Source: Guillardia theta CCMP2712 (taxonomy: Eukaryota; Protista; Cryptophyta). From it: a stretch of 64,000 bases of DNA. Made by a program: the position numbers and the translations under genes. Numbering within the stretch: position 1 is the first letter of the stretch; each line of letters starts with the position of its first letter. Below are positions 49,210-64,000 of the stretch, piece by piece. The DNA lies in the NCBI RefSeq assembly GCF_000315625.1, contig NW_005434669.1:1-64000 (forward strand). Reading direction: 5' to 3'. The notes beneath the pieces were generated by a model. The model did no database searches and was not told the origin of the DNA. It was given only the letters and a program-made list of their open reading frames with translations.

Positions 49210-52200
49210 CTACATGTCTTCGAGCCTTAATCGAGGGACGATGTTCATGCTTTGAAGCTCGTGGAAGACAAGCTTGCAGGCGTATGGCTAAGAACAAAAG
49301 TCACAAACCAAGAAAAAATATAAGCAGAGAAAAAAATATGGTTTTGCAACGACGAGAAAGGAAACGAAGCAGCAGCACACGTGAAGGAGTAGCAGGCAGC
49401 CATCTTACCATCTGGATCATGGACATGTGAAGATTTGTCTTGCAGTTTTGACACCATCCGGGGTATCCGATCAGCCCGCACTTCTTGCATACGTGGCACT
49501 GGAACTCGTCCGAAGAGATCATCAACCTCTCCAGCAGCAGCGCCGAGCTCCCGTAGCTCACCAAGCAGTCTCGCTCCATCTCTCCCAGGCGCAGCCCTCC
49601 ATCCTTGCTCCTCCCCTCTGTCGGCTGCCTTGTCAGCACAGTCCTAGGGCCCTTGTGTCGGGCGTGCATCTTGTCCTGCACCATGTGTTTGAGCTTCTGG
49701 TAGTAGATAGGCCCGAAGAAGATGTAGGCTGGAACAGGCTCCCCCGTGATCCCTGACGTCAACAGCTCCTTCCCCCCGAAGTGATAGCCATGCAGCACCA
49801 GCGTGTCCGAGATCGCCTGCACTGAGCTCGCCGTCGAGGCGAAGGCCGTCGCGTCAGCGAACTTCCCGTTCATGAGGGCAGCCTTGCCCCCGAGCATCTC
49901 CAGCAGCTTGCCGACTGTCATGCGCGAGGGGAAGCCGTGAGGGTTCATGATGAGGTCTGGACACAGGCCTTCCTCAGTGAAGGGCATGTCTTCCTGGGGG
50001 ATGATGATGCCTGTCACTCCCTTCTGCCCGTGCCTGGAGGAGAACTTGTCGCCGAGTTCAGGGCGGCGAGTTGTCCTCATGAGAACTTTCACCAGGAAGT
50101 GCTCGTCGTGGTTGGAAGTCAGGAGCACCTGGTCGACGTAGCCGTCTGCCTTGTCCTTGTACACGAGAGGAGCGCTCTTGAACGCGTCCTCTCGCAGCTC
50201 GTCGGGGTTGTTGATAACGGTGCTGATGTCCTTGGGCACCATCTTGTTGACAAGGATCTGACCCTGCGACACCTTGCTGCCCACCCCCACGATCCCGTCC
50301 CTGTCTAAGTTTGCCGTCCTCAACGCCAGTCGCTCGTTTCCTCCTGACTGCGGGTAGGTGATGCGATCCTCGGCCGCATTGGAATAGCGCTTGAGGGAGG
50401 TTGTTGACTTCTTGAGCACGATCGTCCGGCCGAACCCTCGATCAACGGCAGAGCGGTTGAGCACAACAGCGTCCTCGATATCGTAGCCTGTGTAGCTCAT
50501 GACCGCCACTGTGGCGTTCTGACCTGCGGGGATGCGATGGAAGTTGATGAACTCGATGGTCTTTGTCTGAGCTAGGGGCCTCTGGGGGTAGACAAGGAGG
50601 TAGAGGAGCGTGTCTATCCTCTGAAGCTGGTTGTATGCGATGGCTCCGATTGCCTGCTTGCCCATGGCGCACTGGTAGGTGTTGCGAGGCGACTGGTTGT
50701 GGTGGGGGTTCGGGATGAGACCTGCGCAGGCTCCCATGACGGTCAAGGGGTCGATCTCGAGATGAGTGGTCTTGGGGCCGATGCCATGCTCGTAGAGGGC
50801 GATGAGCGAGTCGTTCTCCTCGTTCACATCGAGGTACTCAATCAGCCCTTCCTTGAGGAAGTCGGAGAACGTCCGGCAGTTGCTGAGAACCTCCTTGATG
50901 TGCTGGTCAGTGACGAACGACCTGCCGTTCTTGACGATGATCAGAGGACGGCAGACGCGCCCCCCATCGCACGAGATGTGCACAGTGCGCTGCCGGGCGT
51001 TGGAGTAGATGGACACAAACTCCCCCAGGCGACCTCTCCTCCTCATCGCTCGCAGGAGCTGCACGAAGTTCTTGGGCGCGCGGTGGAGGCCGAGAAGAAG
51101 ACCGTTGAGGAACACCAGGTACACGTTCCCCAGCGTCGCCTCCTCCCCCGAGAGGATTCCGAGGTCCTCAACACCGAGATCATAGCAGAGAAGCTCGATA
51201 GGAAGCTCGTCGTCATCAGTCGTGACGTGCGTCATGAGCGACAAGTTCTTGACAAGGCCGCAAGATTCTCCCTCGGGCGTGTCAGCCGGGCACAACATCC
51301 CCCACTGAGAGGGCTGCAGGGCGCGGGGCCCGCTGACCTTTCTCGTCTTCTCGAACTGACTCTGCACGCGGGTGATCATTCCGAGCGCCGCGATGTAGGA
51401 GAGGCGCGAGAGAACTTGCGTTACTCCCTGGCGCTCCATCCCGAACCTCCGGAGGTTCCAGTTGCCCGTGCTAATAGCATTGACGAGGGCCGAAGTGATC
51501 TTGGTGGGAGGAAGGTACTTGAGGACGTCGAAAGTGGTGGTCCGAGAAGGTTTTTCCAGCTGCTTCTGCGCGATTTTCTGCACGTCGCTGTTGAAGCTGC
51601 AACGAGTCAAAAGTGAGATGAAAAGGCGAAAGATGGAAGCCAAGCTTTAGAAGATGGGGTTCAATGGAACAGAGTAGAAGCATGAAGCTAAGGAGGGGAG
51701 CAAGGCAACAGAAGATCACCTCTTGAACACATCTTCGAAGAGAAGGGACATGGTCTGACCAGCAAGCTCCAACCTCTTGTTGCCGTAGTAATCCTTGTCG
51801 TCCATCACAGTCTCGTCGTGCATTGCTTGGATGATGCGGCGAAGCATCAAACAGATGTAGATCGCCTTTGCTCGGAAATCGTACTTCACCACTGGCACGT
51901 GCGAAACCACAACTGTCGCTAGCTGCAAGAGAGAGTCAGAAGAGCAACAAGAAAACTGGAGTAGATTCACAGAACGTTAACAAAGAACAGAACACCAACC
52001 AATTACAGTTGTCATCAGAACTTCAGTGAAGAATACAGCAAGATAAATGAGTACTCCATGCATGCAGGAATACGAAATCGTGAAACGGAACCGAGTGCAC
52101 AAACAATGATCCTTATCCGCAAAGAGGCGACAGAAAGCACCTTCTCTCGAGCCTCTTCCGCTTTCGTGGACTGCTGCCGTCTAGCAAACTTGGTTGGCTT

Positions 52201-53522
52201 AATCTTATTTCCTATGTAGTCAAGCGCCTGTGGACGTATCTCAGCTCCGCTTGTCAAACTCGAGCTGCTTCACCTGCGATTCTGTGAAGACGCCTCGCTG
52301 CCCAGCCCCTCCCCACGTGACCGTCGCCGCTTCCTGCTCCCTCGATCACACGCACAAAGAGCAGTCAACTCGCACAGACCTCAAGAGAAGCCGCGAGATC
52401 GTCTGCAAACAAGGCTTCTGAGCCCACCAGCTGAATGATCTCTTGATCGGAGGTCAAGCCCATAGCCTTCAGGGCGATGACGATGGGGATGCTGTCGGTG
52501 AAAGAGTTGTGCTTCAGCTGGAACCGTCCGTTCTTGATGGTGATGTTGGTCTTGGTCTTGGTCTTGGCTGGCATGGTAGCAAGTCAACTTTTCAACCGAC
52601 CCGTTAACTCTCACCTGTCGACGAAGTGACGGAGGCAGATGGCTGGCCCTTCGCGTCTCGCTCTATGATGATACGATTCTTGGACAGCTGCTCCTGGATC
52701 AGAATCACCTTCTCCGTCCCTCTGACCACGAAGTATCCTCCAGGATCCAGCGGACACTCTCCCATGGCCGACATCTCCGTCTCTGACTTGCCATTGAGCA
52801 CGCAGTGGGAGCATCGGAGCATTATTGGCATCCTGCCTATCGGGTGGTTGTCCTTCCGCACTCGCTCCTTCTTTCCTCCTCCTCCAGCCTGATCGCGCGT
52901 GTACTCGATGTCCACCAGGATCTGAGCGTAGTACGTCATGTCCCGCAGGCGGCACTGCTGCGGCGTGATCCCTTCGTTGACACCTGCGGGCCTGTCACAG
53001 AAGGCCTGCACGTCTTAGCGGGATTTGAGAGAGGAGGAGGACGGGAGAACATGCCTGGCGTGTCTGGGACATCGACATTGGGAGGACCAACACGGATGTC
53101 CTTGTACTCAAGGTACCAGCCGGGATCGGCGTCACAGGTGATCTTGTTGTTGGCCTTCAGAATGAGTTTCATATCAACCTGAAGGAACAAGCTTGAGAGG
53201 CATGCGCGTGCTACATCAACAGACAGACGTTGAGAAAGTAGTTGAAGGAATCTATCTGCTGCTTTGTCAGACCTCGAACCTTGAGAAACGCCTGAACATC
53301 TGTCAGCCAAGAGCCGTATCGCATCGCCCTCGCTCCTTATACCGGTAAGAGCCTCCACTTATCTTTGACAGTCTTGATCGGTTTCCCGATCTGATCCGCA
53401 GGAGCAAGCAGGCATGAAGGAATCGAGCTATTCTCTGCGATAACCTCCTCCTTCACTTTCACTGGGTCCCCATCCATGGCGTCCCTGCTTCTTGCCTGCT
53501 CGTCCAACTTTTCCTTCTGCAT
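49210..53522 (-). CDS. RPC2: RNA polymerase III second-largest subunit
   Basis: [111 protein letters not shown]. Start approximate. Confidence 0.95.
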
Positions 53523-54310
53523 GCACAAAAACAAGTTCAGACGTTCGGCTGCTGGAAGCGCTCTCGTCGCATCCTCATCGTTCATTTCCTCTCAGGTCAT
53601 GCTCCTCATTTGTACGCCATGAAGTTTCAACAACCTCTCCCCTCACACACCCTCCCTTACTCCCAACCAAAGGCACGTGCGATGTCGAGACAACGACGAG
53701 CAGTCAGGGGGTGTGACGATCGCAATGGCAGGAGCAGGGAGGAGAGGGGGAGGAAGGAATAGGGAGATCGTGTCCTCTCTCGCCGCCATGGCCCTCCACT
53801 CACCTTCACCCGAAGCATCCCCTCCCCGTCCCCCGTTTCCACCATTCTGCCGGGGAGCGGATCAGTTTTACTCAATTTCAGGGGCAGCGCTGGCCGCTAA
53901 ATAGAAACAATGAAAGGAAAAAAATGCTGAATGACGAGGAGGGATGGGGAAGGACGAGCAGAGCTGGTACAGGGAGGTAGGGCGAGCAGGGAGGGAGAGC
54001 AGGGAGGGAGAGCAGGGAGAGGGAGGTGAAAGGTTGAAGGAGGAGAGAAGGAGAGGGGAGGGAGATAGGGAGGGAGGAGAAGTCTTTCCGAGCTGAATCG
54101 AAGCTCTGCGATTTGATGGGGCGATACACCATGATGCGATGCCATGACGATGATTCGATCTCAGATGTGCGAACTTGTTGTTTGAAGCAGCAAACAAGTC
54201 ATCTCACATGGGTACGCCTCCTCTCCTCTCCTCTCCTCTACTATGCTCACTCCATTGCAAGATCCGCCAAAACCCTCCAGGCCTCCGCCTCTACCTCCGA
54301 GGCCCAAGCC

Positions 54311-61372
<7,062 letters not shown>

Positions 61373-61636
61373 TGAGCTCCTGAGGAAGCGAAAGATGCGA
61401 TCGCAACGGTCATCCAAGACTGGTAACGAGAGCACAGCCGACAGTCGATACCTTGGATCGACTGCACCAGATACCTAGCAGTGAAGGAAAGATGAAGGCG
61501 GTCATTGTACAGATTAACTCGAACACCCTGTGGTGCAAGAGAAGGGCTAGTGGTAAAAGACTTCATTGATCAAACAAAATTTCATCTGTCACTTGCGCTC
61601 ACTCGAACAATTTCTCAGCTCGTCGCCTCCACCTTG

Positions 61637-62708
61637 TCAGCCCGTCTTCTTCATCCTCTTCAGCCCTTCCACGTGATCCAGCGCCTCCTCAAACCACGTC
61701 TGAAAGGAGGACCTGGGGTAGCTATCGCTGCTATCTGCACCCATGAGCTCCACCGGCGAAGTGATGGAGGGGTCGTCCGACCGTTGGATAACCCCTACCG
61801 CCCTCATGGCTGGAGCCGCGCTAGAGATGTTGGAAAGAAAGTCGCTATCCTCCGCATCTGGGGGGGTGTATGCTCTCCGTTTGGAGGGAGGGTTTGTGCA
61901 ATCCATCCCCTTCTGTATGCATCGCTTGCAGGGCCTCGAGTCCTGGCACTTCAACTTGGCAGACCGACAGGCGTCGCACGCGTTCTTGGTAAGATGACGA
62001 TTCGACGACAACCATCTTCGCATTCTATAGAGGTTTCCAGGTTTTGCTTCATCAAAGATGGGTTTACTCGGCTTAATGCTGTCCAACGGCAAGATCTCCA
62101 TGGCCGATGCTTTCGAGGCTGGAGGTAGAGGGTTGGAATATGCAGGGGAGTTATGTGGCTCAATGTTTGAAGGTATGGTGCTGCTGCTAACGATGTGGTC
62201 ACGGATGCTTCTGCTATGCCGTGACTTTGTGGCTCTATCGGGCTCCTTGATGTGCTGCCTTGTTGTGCTACGGACGCTGTTCGCTCTTGGTGTGTGGCGA
62301 AGGAGGAGAAAACAAATTGCTGCAGGGTGTGGAGCGTAGGAGAATATGAGGAGGTAATCCGCCTCCTTTGAGGGGTCCGTGATGTTTACTACAAAATTCC
62401 TGACACTCGTGATTTTAGAAACCTGGCGTGAGTGAAGGAGGTCATCTCGATATTTCATAAATATGAGCTATAGCAAAGATTAGTTATTCCATAAACAGAT
62501 ACGCCATGTATCGATAGAATAAGTCAGCAAGCTCACATGTTCCTTTTCCTTGTAAGCATCGCACTGTCAGCATATCACAATGAAACCGAAAAAGTATGTT
62601 TTCGTGAGCATAAGTCTTGATGACAACGACAATCTGAGCCGGACGAAACGATGAGATAATTTGGAGTACCCCAGAGGCTCCGGAAACATGAAGGAAGGGG
62701 GTTGCCAT
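61637..62708 (-). CDS. Zn(II)2Cys6 domain protein
   Basis: NACDACRSAKLKCQDSRPCKRCIQKGMDC; 5' exons uncertain. Confidence 0.75.
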
Positions 62709-63163
62709 ATATCACCTTCATCAGTCCCGAGGAATTAGACTTCCCTCATGTGTTCAGTGTTGCAGATAATACAAGGAACAGTAGTAAAATCATCACGAGG
62801 ATGGCAACAGTCATCACTTACATACCCACGTGTGTTTGATGACAATGATGACATCATCAAGACCAAAAATATTTATTTTCATTAGTCTTGTCGCCATTCA
62901 ATTTTGCTTCCGATATGAAATCTCTCATGTTCGTGTCTAACTGTGTCAGCATGCTTTTGCGAACCAGTCCACAAAAGTTTGAAAGTTTCTCCCCCCGAAC
63001 TTTCAAACTTTAAAGTTTCTAGCAAGGCCTGTTGCCAGGCTACAAATTTCTGTGGGATATCTAGCTAGGAGGGCAGGAGGGAGCGAGGAGGGAAAGAGGA
63101 GGCAGAGGAGAGAATGTTGCAGAATCGAATGATGCGCTTATCACTGGATGGATCGAACGGAGC

Positions 63164-64000
63164 ATGGCTAGGCTGGAGATGGACAAAGGAAGGTCGAACG
63201 CGAAGTACATATTCGTGTTGCTCCTACTTTTCTTGACGCCAACGGGTGCAGCATGGAGGAATGGTGGACCGCGAGGCCTTCCCTCCCTTGTTGCCATGAC
63301 GATCATGGCAAGTAACCTGACAAGGTGAGGATGGTGGACAGAAAAGTTTGCTCATGACTTCTCCCTGCAGAGTTTCATACAGTAGCAGCGTCAGATCCGT
63401 CCAGGAAAGGTTCGTTGTGTACCCGTCTGGTCAAGAAAACCTCTGAGAGCAATTGATGAAGGTTGAAGCAGGCGGACGTGTTCTGCTTTGACGTTGACAG
63501 TACGCTCATCACCACGGAGAGTATCGTAGAGCTAGCGAAGTGCAAGAGGGTGCACCAGGAGGTTTCGCAGCTGACAAGGAGCGCTATGAATGGCGAGCTT
63601 TCGTTTCATGAGGCGCTTTCACGGAGGTTGAAGATCATGAAACCTTCCCGGCAAGATGTGAGCCAGTCGATGCATGATGTGATGTCATGTGAAATGTTGT
63701 GATGTTGCCGTGTCTCTGACAGGTAGCCGACTTAATAGCGGGGGACAGTATCAAACTCACTCCTAATGTAGAGCCACTCTTTCATTCGTTGAGGCAGAGG
63801 TCCCTGCCTCCTCTGCCTTAGCTCTTCTGACGCAGCTCAGGAACAAGAGCATCTGCATCCTCAGCGGAGGCTTCTGGGAGCTAATAGACCCGCTCGCTCG
63901 TCAGCTGCAGCTGAGCAGGGAGCAAGTCTACTGTAACTCGCTCCTCTTCGACGATGCCGGCGCATACGCTGGTTTCGATCCACAGGTGCTTGTTTTTAAG
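63164..64000 (+). CDS. PSPH: Phosphoserine phosphatase (HAD family, PSPH/SerB-like), partial, with hydrophobic presequence
   Basis: FCFDVDSTL, ELAK, TRSAMNGELSFHEALSRRL, LTPNV, ILSGGF, CNSLLFD..G.YAGFD. Confidence 0.85.

Noticed and set aside
50699-51616. 305-aa + strand ORF
   Set aside because: Antisense shadow of GC3-rich RPC2 coding sequence.

Overview
Eukaryotic nuclear DNA, gene-dense with many ~45-70 bp introns, flagellar genes and signal-peptide (bipartite plastid-type) presequences. I infer a cryptophyte-like alga (Guillardia-like); this is not confirmed. The left end looks like a chromosome end with an unusual cap. From the outside in: a 5'-truncated, frameshifted RLE-type non-LTR retrotransposon (RNase H-like, CCHC knuckle, PD-(D/E)xK), 27 perfect copies of a 19-bp unit, (CCCTAAA)13, a 21-bp subtelomeric repeat, and then genes. 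Recognisable genes are an RCC1-repeat protein, a large coiled-coil protein, an ARM-RING E3 ligase, FAM183/CFAP144, two LysM proteins, ODA-DC2/ODAD1, a D27-like isomerase, a divergent Hsp70-like protein, a multi-GAF protein, two Zn2Cys6 factors, a PFK-like protein, RPC2, an RCC1 + inositol 5-phosphatase and a phosphoserine phosphatase. Top findings: (1) a multi-pass membrane protein built from two diverged [ectodomain-TM bundle-RelA/SpoT-like synthetase] modules whose catalytic cassettes are 474/475 bp identical; (2) the telomere/19-mer/retroelement cap; (3) recurring GC- and palindrome-rich intergenic islands with shared motifs. Exon boundaries were read by eye and are approximate.
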